Origin: Promethearchaeota archaeon
GTDB lineage: Archaea; Asgardarchaeota; Lokiarchaeia; Sigyniarchaeales; SOKP01
Reading direction: 5' to 3'
DNA length: 64,000 bases
NCBI GenBank assembly: GCA_019058365.1
Contig: JAHPZE010000014.1
Coordinates: 1 to 64,000, forward strand
Positions 1-10,618 of this stretch are shown here, piece after piece (the stretch's first letter is position 1; each line of letters begins with the position of its first letter). The translations under genes and the position numbers were made by a program. The notes under the pieces are model-generated. The model was not told the origin of the DNA, did not search any database, and worked only from the letters and a program-made list of their open reading frames with translations.

Positions 1-61
1 AAATAAAAAAAGGGGTTAATTTATAATTGATCATTCATCTATAAAATTAACCGAATTAAAA

Positions 62-1087
62 TTATTTATTGATTTTCGTGCAAATTAAAGGAATTATATA
101 AGTTAATAAGAAAGCTACAAGAGCATAACGGAAAAATCTATAAAAAACACTATCAATTTCTAATAGATACTCGAATGGTAGGAACGCAACGAATAGAATT
201 ATAATCCCTATTACTATATTGATTATTTTATTTTTATTACTCAGGGAAGATGGGTCATATTTAACATATTCTTGTTCAAGGAGATATCCAACTCCAAAAC
301 CTAATAACACACCTCCAACCAACCCAAAAGCTCCATTATCGGAATAATCAGGAGGGTAATTTTGAGTTGCTAATTCGACATATGCCCTTGGCCATATAAA
401 TGTTCCAACAAGTAATAATGCAAAAGAAACAACTACTGTTAATACCAGTTTAGTAATTAATTTCAGTTTATTAAACTGCGGAGTTACAATTGGTTCTAAA
501 TAAATGTATGCTAATAAAACCCCCAAACCCAGCAATAATGCACCAATCATATCTTGTAGATCATGTACACCGATTACTACCCTTGAAAGTGCAATAAGAA
601 AGATTATAACCGAAAATATAATTGGTATAATTGGAATTTCATTATACTTTTTTCTATCTTTAAATTCATAAGAAATGTATCCCCAAAAACTTAAAGATGA
701 TTGCGCATGTCCGGATGGAAAACCATAAGAAGATTCGATTACACCTAAATCTTCTGTTGAATCTGTATTAGTAGGGGGTCTAGGATCTCGAATAATCTCT
801 TTGAAAAGTCCATTTATATAATATGAAATCATTAAAACTAAAGTTAAATTTTTAGCATATTTCTTGTTGTAACCTAAATATAATATCGCTACAATTACAA
901 TAAATACAACAGGTTCGCCAAGATAAGTAATAGCTTTGAATATAGCTTGTATAGTTGAACTATCAGAATAAAAAGCTAGATTAACTTCAGGTATGAGAGA
1001 AATTAAACCGACTATTACTATAACTAAGGATGTAATACCTATAATCAATAGAGCTCTTTTTGATAAATATTCTTTTTTTTCAGACAT
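62..1087 (-). CDS. PAP2-family integral membrane phosphatase
   Basis: PAP2 motifs KEIIRDPRP, GFPSGH and SRVVIGVHDLQD; multiple TM helices. Confidence 0.9.
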   Translation of the reverse strand: MSEKKEYLSKRALLIIGITSLVIVIVGLISLIPEVNLAFYSDSSTIQAIFKAITYLGEPVVFIVIVAILYLGYNKKYAKNLTLVLMISYYINGLFKEIIRDPRPPTNTDSTEDLGVIESSYGFPSGHAQSSLSFWGYISYEFKDRKKYNEIPIIPIIFSVIIFLIALSRVVIGVHDLQDMIGALLLGLGVLLAYIYLEPIVTPQFNKLKLITKLVLTVVVSFALLLVGTFIWPRAYVELATQNYPPDYSDNGAFGLVGGVLLGFGVGYLLEQEYVKYDPSSLSNKNKIINIVIGIIILFVAFLPFEYLLEIDSVFYRFFRYALVAFLLTYIIPLICTKINK

Positions 1088-1235
1088 TTTTTTTTAACCA
1101 AAGTAAAATTAATTAAACTTTTATGTGATAAGGAGATTAATAAAGTTTTGCACAAAATTACTAAAATTAGTATAAACAGTCTTCAAAAATTGGATCATAG
1201 ATGATTTATAAGAAATATGACCAAAAGAGTAAAAA

Positions 1236-1925
1236 TTATTCAATCTTAATGTCTGTTTGTTTTTCATCAATTTTTTTCAATTTTACTTCCAAGATTCCAT
1301 TTGTATATCTAGCTCGCGCATAATCTGAATTGATAGCTGAAGGTAACTCAACCTCTTTATAATAGTTCCTACCCTTATCTTTAGACTCAGTGGATATTGT
1401 TAGAGAATGCGTTGTTGCTTTTAATTCAATCTCATCTCTAGTAACTCCAGGCATTTCGCATATTACTATTATCTGCTCACCTTGTTCATTAACTTCTGTC
1501 ATTGGTTCTCTGACATTTTTAACTTCTGAATCTCCTGAATGAGGTTGTGCTTTAACATTTCCAAAAGAATCTATAGTTGGTTTACCATCTTTACCAATAT
1601 TAATATTAAACCCATACGTAATTGGAAAACCAAATCTGGATTTATTCTTATTAAATTCTCTCAAAATATCTTCGGGAGATAAATTTTGAAATTCTGAGGG
1701 TAAGTTTTCCATGATTTTCTCAAATACTTCTTTGAACATGTGTCGAAATTTTTTAGATTGAAATAGTTTATTTGGATCTATCAAGAATTTATTTGGATCA
1801 CTGAAAAACTTATTTGGGTCCTCAAAGAATTTAAAAAAATCAAAAGAATCCTTTTTTTCTTCATCTTCATCCTCATCCTTATCTTCATCCTCATCCTCAT
1901 CTTTATCTCTATTTTTTTTTGGCAT
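1236..1925 (-). CDS. hsp20: Small heat-shock protein (Hsp20/alpha-crystallin), archaeal type with acidic N-terminus
   Basis: YGFNINIGKDGKP, EMPGV, ARYTNGILEVKL and a C-terminal IKIE (IXI) motif. Confidence 0.9.
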   Translation of the reverse strand: MPKKNRDKDEDEDEDKDEDEDEEKKDSFDFFKFFEDPNKFFSDPNKFLIDPNKLFQSKKFRHMFKEVFEKIMENLPSEFQNLSPEDILREFNKNKSRFGFPITYGFNINIGKDGKPTIDSFGNVKAQPHSGDSEVKNVREPMTEVNEQGEQIIVICEMPGVTRDEIELKATTHSLTISTESKDKGRNYYKEVELPSAINSDYARARYTNGILEVKLKKIDEKQTDIKIE

Positions 1926-2148
1926 ACTTGCTACCCTCTAAAATGTATATGACACTATAAATATCAATTAAATTTAATAGGCAAAATTATTAATTAAATA
2001 TTATAATAGCTAAAAACTAATTAGCTTATATTCTAGAAAAAATTGTTTGGATTAATAAATTTATTCTACATAATAACTATATTATTAAAAACTAAAAAAC
2101 GGAGAGGAGATTAAAATTTATTCTGAACTTTCAGATGATGATAAGGAG

Positions 2149-3939
2149 ATGTATCTTGATGTGTTACGCGAGAGCCCAATCTTACCATTTTCAAATTTTG
2201 TATCGAGAGGGGATATACCAGATAAAGTTGATATATCAAGACCTCGAAGTTATATTGATCGAGAAGTGTATAGACTGGTACAACAAACTTTTAGGGACAG
2301 ATCAAGTAGATTAATTCCAATATTAGGATCAGCCGGTACTGGTAAAACACATGCCTATCATTCTTTCAAGGATAAAGAAAGAGAAAACAGAAAAAAATTA
2401 GAAGGTGCAGGAGAATCAGAAGAAATTGATGCAAGTAAATTTGCTACTTCTACTGATTGGACTATTGTTTATGTTCCAAGCCCTCCAGCAAGTATTCGCG
2501 TTTTACTCCATGTATATACCTGTATAATTGAAGAGCTTGGTGCAGAATTACTTGATATTGTTTCTGAGAAATTAATGAGAAGATGGGGCGGAATGAAAAA
2601 GGGGATTTTCCAAAAACCCAAAATTGATGAAGTAATTCAACAAGGAATTAGAGAATTCCCGGGAGTGTTTGCCGATTGCGTCAAGGCTTTAGTGACTTAT
2701 CAATTAGATAAAAACAAAAAAGCACTTGCAGAAAGATGGCTTCTTGGAGAGGATTTAGAAGATGAGGAATTAAGTGAATTAGGAATAAACTCTGTTGTAG
2801 AAGAGGATGATGTGTGCCTTGCAATGATTAAGATCATAACAGAGAATTTAGATAAAGTACTTATTCTTTATTTTGATGAACTTGAATCACCCTATCGTAT
2901 GTTAGGAGAATCTGCTGAAAGAAAGTTTTTAGAGATTCTGAAGAGATTATACAATGAAGTTAAAGGATTAGTTATTACAATTGCAGTTTTAAAAGAAATT
3001 TGGCCTAGAATCATAGAGATTGCAGATGCTCCACTCAGATCAAGAATGGAACCGGAACAAGAATTAAAACCATTTAGCCTAAATGATTTAAAAATATATT
3101 TCTCAAAATCTATGGAAGCATTCTGGGAAGATAATAATCTAAATCCCCCTTTGTATCCATTATTCCCATTGAATGAAAAATTAATTGAAATGATATTTGA
3201 AAAGACGCAAGGAAATCCAAGGAACTCTATAAAACTTTGCCGAAGATTTATAGATAAGGTAGTTATGGAAGAAATGACGGTTGACGAATTATTGGAAGTT
3301 GGGGCGGATATAGTTGCAACAGCAAAACCCAAATCAGAAATGGAAGAAGAAGAAGTAATTGATTTTTCCAAGCCACGAGAAGTTATTAAGAAGACAATTG
3401 AAGATATTTTAGCAGAAGAAGAATATTCGATAGATGTAAATCCTCAATCCGTTGCGGGAGCTACTTTAAAGTATATAAATATGGTAGGAGAAGAAAAAGG
3501 TAAAAAATTCAAGACTCAGATGGAATTTAAATATATGCTTGGAAAAAGAAGTCAAACTTTAGCAGCTTCAATCGAAACAGAAGGTAAAAAATATGGTCTA
3601 GAGATTCCATCGATTAAAACATTTGACAGAAGTGCAGGAGTAGCCGGGTATTATGCTGCTAAACGATTGAAAGATGCTATTAGTGTAAAAGCAATTGATT
3701 TTGGAATCTTGATCGTTCCAACCGGGAGCAGTGGAGCAAAATTCGAGTCAATGTTGAATAACACACCAGAAATTTTTAAAGTGGAACTAGATAATGAAAT
3801 TGGAGAGAAGTTGGTTGCACAAGCGTTAAAATATCCAACGGAAAAAGGCTGGGATATTTGTAAAATAATATTCAAAGATATTGGAGAATATCAGCCTCCA
3901 GTTGAAGATACTCCATCTGAAGAAGAAACAGTTTATTGA
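2149..3939 (+). CDS. P-loop NTPase (AAA+/STAND-like) with C-terminal domain of unknown function; start may lie upstream (about 2116)
   Basis: Walker A GSAGTGKT, Walker B LILYFDELE, LRSRM, TQGNPR motif. Confidence 0.7.
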   Translation: MYLDVLRESPILPFSNFVSRGDIPDKVDISRPRSYIDREVYRLVQQTFRDRSSRLIPILGSAGTGKTHAYHSFKDKERENRKKLEGAGESEEIDASKFATSTDWTIVYVPSPPASIRVLLHVYTCIIEELGAELLDIVSEKLMRRWGGMKKGIFQKPKIDEVIQQGIREFPGVFADCVKALVTYQLDKNKKALAERWLLGEDLEDEELSELGINSVVEEDDVCLAMIKIITENLDKVLILYFDELESPYRMLGESAERKFLEILKRLYNEVKGLVITIAVLKEIWPRIIEIADAPLRSRMEPEQELKPFSLNDLKIYFSKSMEAFWEDNNLNPPLYPLFPLNEKLIEMIFEKTQGNPRNSIKLCRRFIDKVVMEEMTVDELLEVGADIVATAKPKSEMEEEEVIDFSKPREVIKKTIEDILAEEEYSIDVNPQSVAGATLKYINMVGEEKGKKFKTQMEFKYMLGKRSQTLAASIETEGKKYGLEIPSIKTFDRSAGVAGYYAAKRLKDAISVKAIDFGILIVPTGSSGAKFESMLNNTPEIFKVELDNEIGEKLVAQALKYPTEKGWDICKIIFKDIGEYQPPVEDTPSEEETVY

Positions 3940-3949
3940 ATCTAAAAAT

Positions 3950-4873
3950 TCAAATTTTTTTTATCAGATCCTTTATTTTTTCATCTAAGTCATTTAATTC
4001 TTTCGCTAATCGAGAAGCTCTTTGAGTATTGTTTTTTAATTTTGTTAAAACATCAATTTGTTCATGTTCTTCAAATATATGTGAAATTTCAATTAATCTA
4101 TCTATTGGCTCAATGAAATCATTATATAAATTTAATTTAATGTTATTTAAATCATTAGAAATTTTTACAATTTCTTTATATAGATTTTCACTTTCTTTTA
4201 TTAAATCAGGAAACAATCCTACTTGTTCTCCTTTATTTGCTAAGAATGAAGCAATATCATCTTCTTGTACCAGTACAGCTAATTCGGCTGCTTTTAAAAA
4301 ACTTTTTTTTGCTTTTCTATAAAATTTATCTATTAATAATTGTTCAGCAAATTTTACTTCAGCAGCAAGTTTTTTAGGGATTTCTTCTCCTAGATCTATC
4401 AATTCACGTGCTTCAGTGAGTTTTCCATCATCAAGCATTTTCTTTGTTCTCTCATTAATAGTCTCTTTTATAATTTTGGGTTCTTGTAATTTCTGATTCA
4501 AGCTCAAAATTGAATTTAAAGCATTTTGTAGAAGATTATTCATCTTTTTTTTATCACTAGAAAAATTTTGAACAATTTTTTCCTCAAAATTTTCAAAGAA
4601 GCTTTTTAACGAAACCAGATCCTCTCCTTCTTGTAAAATAAAGCTTATGTAAAGATTATTTTTATCAATAGATTCCGCATTAATTCTACTAGAATAAAAT
4701 CGGTCATACTCCGTACGGACAGTCATGTCTGCCAATTCCTTTTTACTATGCTTTTCAGAAAACTCCTTTAGCACTGCTGGTGGAATTTTATCATCTTGTT
4801 TTAAATAATATTCTGCGATAATATTGGGTCCGAATGAAGGATCAATTTCATACAATATTATGGCTCTTGGCAT
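3950..4873 (-). CDS. Longin/uDENN-like N-terminal domain plus helical bundle (Asgard-type hypothetical protein)
   Basis: N-terminus AIILYEIDPSFGPNII resembles the uDENN 'FD...GP' opening; helical C-terminal half. Confidence 0.5.
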   Translation of the reverse strand: MPRAIILYEIDPSFGPNIIAEYYLKQDDKIPPAVLKEFSEKHSKKELADMTVRTEYDRFYSSRINAESIDKNNLYISFILQEGEDLVSLKSFFENFEEKIVQNFSSDKKKMNNLLQNALNSILSLNQKLQEPKIIKETINERTKKMLDDGKLTEARELIDLGEEIPKKLAAEVKFAEQLLIDKFYRKAKKSFLKAAELAVLVQEDDIASFLANKGEQVGLFPDLIKESENLYKEIVKISNDLNNIKLNLYNDFIEPIDRLIEISHIFEEHEQIDVLTKLKNNTQRASRLAKELNDLDEKIKDLIKKI

Positions 4874-4991
4874 TTTATCAAATCTTTGATAGTTTAATTT
4901 TAGTAATTAAATATATTTTTTAGACTTAATAAGTAATTATGTTAAAACTAAGTATTTATCTTTTGAGTTAAGAAATGAATGTGAAAACATT

Positions 4992-5909
4992 ATGATTATT
5001 GTGGATGATACTTATTGTGAAGCATTTGAGGGATTATGCTGTCAATTTATATTAACTGCTCAAGATGCTGAGTTTTTAAATAGAGCGGCTAATGCATTTA
5101 CTGCTTTACCATCAACAGTATTTGGGGACGCTGAAGGAGGTATTGTTAGGTGGCTTTCCGAAAGGGAGACTATGGATGGTAGATTGGGTGCAATAGTACA
5201 ATTATGGGTTACGGGCACCGGTAAAAAGGCTACAGCTAAGTTTTATGACCAATTAGGAAGACGATTAAGACAAGGCATTTTAGTAGTCCCAACTACAGCT
5301 GTTTTTGATTTTTATCCATATAAAACTGAAGTGAAATTTAATATGATGAAGAATGTTGGTCATTGTGGAGATGGTTATGAGGATATTATAGATAAATTTG
5401 ATCGAAAAATGATTTCTATTCCACTTATGATGGGTTATGATTTCTTAATAGAAGAAGAACTTAATTATTCTAAAGGCATTATGGGAGGAAATTTATATTT
5501 ATTTTGTGATTCAATCGATTCAGGTATAAGAGTTGGGCGTGAAGCTGTTAAAATTATCGCTGAAATTGATAATGTATGTACTACTTTTGATGTATGTTCA
5601 GCGGGGTCTAAAATAGAAACAAATTTTCCTGAAATTGGTCCTTCAACAAATCATCCATATTGCCCAACATTAAAGAATAGAATACCCTCTGAAGAATTTA
5701 AGGTGCCAGATGAAGTCCACTCAATTCCTGAAATTGTATTTAATGCTTTAGATCTGGATACTATTAAAAAGACAATGTTAAAAGTGATTAATGGGATTGT
5801 AAGCATGGATGGTTTAATTAAAATTTCTGCTGGAAATTATGGCGGAAGATTAGGCAAATATAAAATATTTTTGCGAGAATTAGGATTAAAAGAAAGTTAC
5901 TTTAGATAG
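4992..5909 (+). CDS. ftr: Formylmethanofuran--tetrahydromethanopterin N-formyltransferase
   Basis: DDTYCEAF, GIMGGN, SAGSK, STNHPYCPTLK, KISAGNYGGRLG. Confidence 0.92.
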   Translation: MIIVDDTYCEAFEGLCCQFILTAQDAEFLNRAANAFTALPSTVFGDAEGGIVRWLSERETMDGRLGAIVQLWVTGTGKKATAKFYDQLGRRLRQGILVVPTTAVFDFYPYKTEVKFNMMKNVGHCGDGYEDIIDKFDRKMISIPLMMGYDFLIEEELNYSKGIMGGNLYLFCDSIDSGIRVGREAVKIIAEIDNVCTTFDVCSAGSKIETNFPEIGPSTNHPYCPTLKNRIPSEEFKVPDEVHSIPEIVFNALDLDTIKKTMLKVINGIVSMDGLIKISAGNYGGRLGKYKIFLRELGLKESYFR

Positions 5910-5919
5910 AAATTTCATT

Positions 5920-6600
5920 TTATTTCTTATATGTTAAGGTTTTTTCGTTTATTTGATTTGGATTAAATCCTTTTTTATAGAGAGCATATGAAGGGTATTT
6001 CTCTTCGAAAATTTCATCAATTTCTTGAAGCGGTAAATCAGCATGTACTCCTCTATCAGTTATATATTCTCCGAATTGATTACCGTTATTATCTAATTTA
6101 GGAAAAACAGCATCATGTTCTCCATCAAATTCAACCATTGGGAGGAATTTTCCTTTTATTGCAGTTTTAGGATCAAAAGAGGGTGTTAGTTTTATCCATT
6201 TACCGTTTAAGTAGAATTCGCTATAACCATGTACATACATTACATTAGTTCCCATAAAATCAATTACCTTTTGAGAAATTAAGTGATTAATTAGATCTAC
6301 TAAATGAATACGGGCGGGAATTCCAATTGCTCTAGCAAAAGATGATAAAAGTATGGATTTTGAAATGCAAAAACCATTCTTTCTTCGCAAAGTTACACTT
6401 GCTCTAAAATTAGCTGGTACATTAGGCACATACGTTAACATATTATACTTAATTTCATTTCTTACCCAATAAAATAGAGCAATAGCTTTTTTTTTGTCGG
6501 TTGTTAGACCATTAGTGATTTCATGAGCTTTTCTACTCACGGTTTTTTTGTTAAAATCAAAAAATTCCGTTGGTTGCAGATATATATTCAAATCCTCCAT
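5920..6600 (-). CDS. Transglutaminase-like (TGc) protein; start placed at MEDLN
   Basis: GFCISKSILLSSFARAIGIPAR (catalytic Cys) and HGYSEFYLNGKW. Confidence 0.85.
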   Translation of the reverse strand: MEDLNIYLQPTEFFDFNKKTVSRKAHEITNGLTTDKKKAIALFYWVRNEIKYNMLTYVPNVPANFRASVTLRRKNGFCISKSILLSSFARAIGIPARIHLVDLINHLISQKVIDFMGTNVMYVHGYSEFYLNGKWIKLTPSFDPKTAIKGKFLPMVEFDGEHDAVFPKLDNNGNQFGEYITDRGVHADLPLQEIDEIFEEKYPSYALYKKGFNPNQINEKTLTYKK

Positions 6601-6855
6601 GATAATGAAAAAAATTAATCCCTTTAGAATATTTCCGTACAAAATTATAAAAGGAGATTAATTTTCTTAAAATGGAGTTATGCTTAAATTAAAATTAACT
6701 CATCAATCATATTGACCAAATTTTTTTATTAGCTTTAAAATTTAATAAACCAAATTAAAGTAAACACTATTTAAAAATAAATATATAACAACGAATTTTT
6801 ATAATTCTATTATTACTTAAAAATCGTGATTATAAGAATATCGTTGTGAAGTCGC

Positions 6856-8514
6856 TTGATTGGATTACTGTTGATACGTTTTGATCCTCTTTTTGGACCG
6901 AGTATTTTTTTGAAGGCACCAAAATCTTTAAATGAAGAGCTCATACAAAATATTCCTTCATTAATAGAGCTTCCAACAAAAGGAGTATTTATTCATATCT
7001 TTAAGGAAATTAAAACAGCAAATTTATTTTTCAAACAACCTAATAAGTTTGCTCGTGGAGGGTATGAAAGCTTTTTGATCACAATAATCACTGACATTAA
7101 AACTGAGATAAGTTTAATGCTTGCAAATAAGCTTCTTGAAGGTTTTGCTAATTACATTATAAATGTTAAAGATGCATATCTGGCTTTTGATTATGAACCT
7201 AAAGATCATAAAGCAGATGCAAATAAATTTAAGGAAATTGAGAACTTCTTTTTTTCCTATTTTAAGTCTATTAAACCTGTAATCCAAACTCTAGAAATGG
7301 CAGAGCATCGATATCAAGCTTTATTTCAGGCAGCTCGGGATGCAATTTTCATAATAAATCGTGATATGGGTACTGTCGTTGATGTAAATTTAGAAGCTGA
7401 AAAATTAGTGGAATTACCTAAGGAAGAATTAGTGGGTATTAAAGCATTAAAACTTGATTTATTTGATGAGGGATTAGTTGACCCAAATATGGTTAAGCAT
7501 TTAATAGATCAACCACCACCGATTATCTCAAGGATAAAAAAGTCTTCGGGTTCCAAATTATATCTTGAAGTGAATATTAATGAAATTCAACTTGGAGATG
7601 AGTTTTTTATTCAATATTTGTTTCATGATCTTACTGATATACAAAAAAATGAGGAAAAATTGAAGGAGCATGCTAAAAAAATTGACACTTTAAATACATT
7701 TATAAGTATCGCTAATCAAACTGATGATTTAAAAGATTTATTGAAAAAAACTATAGATAGTATTATTGATTTTTTAGATTTAAAGGGGTGCTGTATCTAT
7801 TTATTAGATAAAACAAGTAACATTGCTAAAATCATGGCACATAAAGGATTTCCGGGATTTTTTCTTGAACAAAATGATAATCTAGATATTAATGTAAGTC
7901 CTTTTCAAATTGTCTTTGCACAAGGAGTTGCATTATTCAATCAAAACTTCCCTGATATTCTGAAAGAATTTTTTAAAGGATTTGACTCTGTTTTTGGAGT
8001 GGTTATTCCATTATTTTCTAAATTTCAAATAATAGGAAGCATAAGTATGCTTTTAAAGGAACGAAGAACTCTTTCCGTTGAAGATATGGAATTGATAATT
8101 ACGATCGGATTAGAAATAGGAACTGCTTTAGAAAAGATGCAACATCAAGACGATTTAAAGCATAGTGAAGCACAGAATGCTATTCTTCTTAATCATATTC
8201 CATTCTCAATTTTTAAAATTTCAATTGAAGGTATTTTTCAAGAAATCAAATTAGATAAAAAATTAGAGCAAGTATTTCACCTGAAAAATCCATCTCAAAC
8301 TTTCATAGGGAAAAGCATACACGAGTTTCTACCAAAATATATTTCTGAAGAAGCAATGACTATCATAAAAAAAGCCCATGAAACCCAAGAAACTTTAGAA
8401 ATGAAATTTATTTTACCATTTAAAGGTAATCAGATAATATTTCGCACTAATTTTGTCCCGATTGGCAAAAAAGAGGTTTTAGTATTTCTTCAAAATCTAA
8501 CTAGAACTTGGTGA
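6856..8514 (+). CDS. uDENN/longin-like domain fused to PAS-GAF-PAS sensor domains
   Basis: N-term LLLIRFDPLFGP; RYQALFQAARDAIF..DVN (PAS); VIPLFSKFQIIGSI (GAF); second PAS; no kinase domain. Confidence 0.7.
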   Translation: MIGLLLIRFDPLFGPSIFLKAPKSLNEELIQNIPSLIELPTKGVFIHIFKEIKTANLFFKQPNKFARGGYESFLITIITDIKTEISLMLANKLLEGFANYIINVKDAYLAFDYEPKDHKADANKFKEIENFFFSYFKSIKPVIQTLEMAEHRYQALFQAARDAIFIINRDMGTVVDVNLEAEKLVELPKEELVGIKALKLDLFDEGLVDPNMVKHLIDQPPPIISRIKKSSGSKLYLEVNINEIQLGDEFFIQYLFHDLTDIQKNEEKLKEHAKKIDTLNTFISIANQTDDLKDLLKKTIDSIIDFLDLKGCCIYLLDKTSNIAKIMAHKGFPGFFLEQNDNLDINVSPFQIVFAQGVALFNQNFPDILKEFFKGFDSVFGVVIPLFSKFQIIGSISMLLKERRTLSVEDMELIITIGLEIGTALEKMQHQDDLKHSEAQNAILLNHIPFSIFKISIEGIFQEIKLDKKLEQVFHLKNPSQTFIGKSIHEFLPKYISEEAMTIIKKAHETQETLEMKFILPFKGNQIIFRTNFVPIGKKEVLVFLQNLTRTW

Positions 8515-9552
8515 CGATGCTAAAACGCTTCTTATTTTTTGGGCTTTTTCTTGAAGTTCAATCGAAAGCGAATCATCTCCAAGTTCAAGGCAAATGTTGC
8601 TAATTTTTTCAAAAATTTCTATAGCTTTATTAAAGTCTCCTTGTTCCAAAGCTTCTTGAACTTTATCCATCAATAAATCTCTCTCAAAAATAGGTTTCAG
8701 CAATGGTGATACTTTTGTATCCATATCTAAAAGATCTGCTATTATTCGGATCATTTTTGGTCTATTATTTTGGTCGATCGCAATCATAGAATATGTTTTT
8801 TGTCCCATTAATCTTTCTATATCCGCAATCTTCATTGCTTCGGGGAGATCTTGTTTATTGGCAATTACTGCTAAGCGCGCGTATGGGATGGTTTTATTTA
8901 CTAATTCAAAGAAAAATTTGCTTTTTTCTAAGTTTTCTAAAGTTGAATCGGTCATTAAGAGTACAGCATCACTTCCTCTTATAAATTTCTCCCAAAGAAA
9001 GTCAAATTGGTCTTGCCCTGCAAAATCCCAAAGAAAGAAGTGTAATTTGCCGATTTTTATAGTTGCAACTTCACCAGTAATTGTAGGAATATGCTGCATA
9101 GGAATCTCTTCTGATTTTATTAATTTAGTCGTTGTAGTCTTACCAACTCCGGAAAATCCCACAATCGATATTTTTGGTTTTAAATTTCTATGGATATTAT
9201 CAACAATTGGGTTAAAAACATCAGGGATTATTGAAACACTTCCATTTTTTAGGTTATCACCATAGAAATCTAAAAATTCTTTTTGAAAATTACGTAATTG
9301 GGGCTTAATATTCTTAAAATCATCCCCTAATCCCGTTACAAATAAAATAATTAGAGAAAAACTTTTCTCAACAATATATGTAAGTTTTACCTTAAAAAAT
9401 TCATATGATGCAGTTTCTTCAGAAAATTTTCCAAAAGCAGATTGTTTAATATTCATATACACATTTGTAAAGAGAGAATCGTCTAAACCTTTAGCGTAAT
9501 TCCGTTGATAGATTATATCATCATTTAAAATTATATAAACTTGTCTTAACAT
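8497..9552 (-). CDS. Arf-like small GTPase with N-terminal longin-like domain and C-terminal helical domain
   Basis: G1 GFSGVGKT, G2 PTIT, G3 WDFAGQ, G4 NKQD. Confidence 0.85.
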   Translation of the reverse strand: MLRQVYIILNDDIIYQRNYAKGLDDSLFTNVYMNIKQSAFGKFSEETASYEFFKVKLTYIVEKSFSLIILFVTGLGDDFKNIKPQLRNFQKEFLDFYGDNLKNGSVSIIPDVFNPIVDNIHRNLKPKISIVGFSGVGKTTTTKLIKSEEIPMQHIPTITGEVATIKIGKLHFFLWDFAGQDQFDFLWEKFIRGSDAVLLMTDSTLENLEKSKFFFELVNKTIPYARLAVIANKQDLPEAMKIADIERLMGQKTYSMIAIDQNNRPKMIRIIADLLDMDTKVSPLLKPIFERDLLMDKVQEALEQGDFNKAIEIFEKISNICLELGDDSLSIELQEKAQKIRSVLASSPSSS

Positions 9553-9577
9553 ATCTTTTTTCCTTATAATTTCTCAT

Positions 9578-10492
9578 TTAATTATAAATTTGATTTAAAT
9601 TTTCTTTTACATTACTTAATAGCTTTTGTAACTCGTTTTCATCTAAAATCTCTGAGAAAAATATTATATTTTTGAAATTTGAATTAAATTTGCTAATATC
9701 ATCTCCTAACATGTATAATATTTTTGAACCTGCATTTATAAACTTGCTTTTGGAATGTATTTCTTCTGTTGATTTATTAAATTGATAAATTACTTCATAT
9801 AAGTAATAAAGTGTACTAACATCAAAATCAGGAGTAGAAACTTGAATAATGAGATTACCTTTTTGATTAGAAACAACACACGTTATTTTCGATGAACCAT
9901 TCATGATTTTTTTAATAATTTCTTTTAGATTTGAAGTATCTTTTGAAAAGTTACCAAATATATCTGAAATAGCATTATAAACAGTATAAATTAAATTGGG
10001 ATGTAGACTAGTGAAATAAACTGGTAATTCCTCAGGTAGGTTTAATTGTTTAACTACTTGTCTTCTAATTAAAGCAAGCATATGACCAATCTTCTTATTA
10101 ATTAGGAGATCAATTTTATGAAGAAATAAGATAATCTTCGCATCCACTTCTATTTTTTTTTTAATTTCATAGATTTTCTTAATATCATCAATGATATCTT
10201 GAGAATTTTCGATCCAGGTAGGATAATCGAAAATATAAATTATCGCGTTCGTATCTCCAAATGTCATTATTTGTTTTTCTTCATCTTCTAATAATAATGG
10301 AAGTGATTGACCCGGAGTGTCTAATAAACTAATCTTTAAATCCATAAAATCATGGACAGAATACTGAATCCCTATTGTAGCTTCAAGGGGGAATATTATT
10401 AACTTGCTAGGGTCTTCTCCTTCGAGAATTACCTTTTTGATGGTTGTTTTTCCAACTTCAGGTTTCCCTATTAAACTAATCTTCGTTGTCAT
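9578..10492 (-). CDS. Rag/Gtr-like small GTPase with C-terminal roadblock-like domain
   Basis: GKPEVGKT, EATIG, DTPGQ, Rag-type HKID G4 and TSL G5. Confidence 0.8.
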   Translation of the reverse strand: MTTKISLIGKPEVGKTTIKKVILEGEDPSKLIIFPLEATIGIQYSVHDFMDLKISLLDTPGQSLPLLLEDEEKQIMTFGDTNAIIYIFDYPTWIENSQDIIDDIKKIYEIKKKIEVDAKIILFLHKIDLLINKKIGHMLALIRRQVVKQLNLPEELPVYFTSLHPNLIYTVYNAISDIFGNFSKDTSNLKEIIKKIMNGSSKITCVVSNQKGNLIIQVSTPDFDVSTLYYLYEVIYQFNKSTEEIHSKSKFINAGSKILYMLGDDISKFNSNFKNIIFFSEILDENELQKLLSNVKENLNQIYN

Positions 10493-10618
10493 TTTAGGAA
10501 CACTATAAATGATTTTATATAGATAAATTAAGAATTCTTTTTATAAAAAATAACAAAAAAAATATTTAAACTTGAGTATAAGGAAAAAGTGAGCCTAATT
10601 TTTAACAGATTTTATTAT

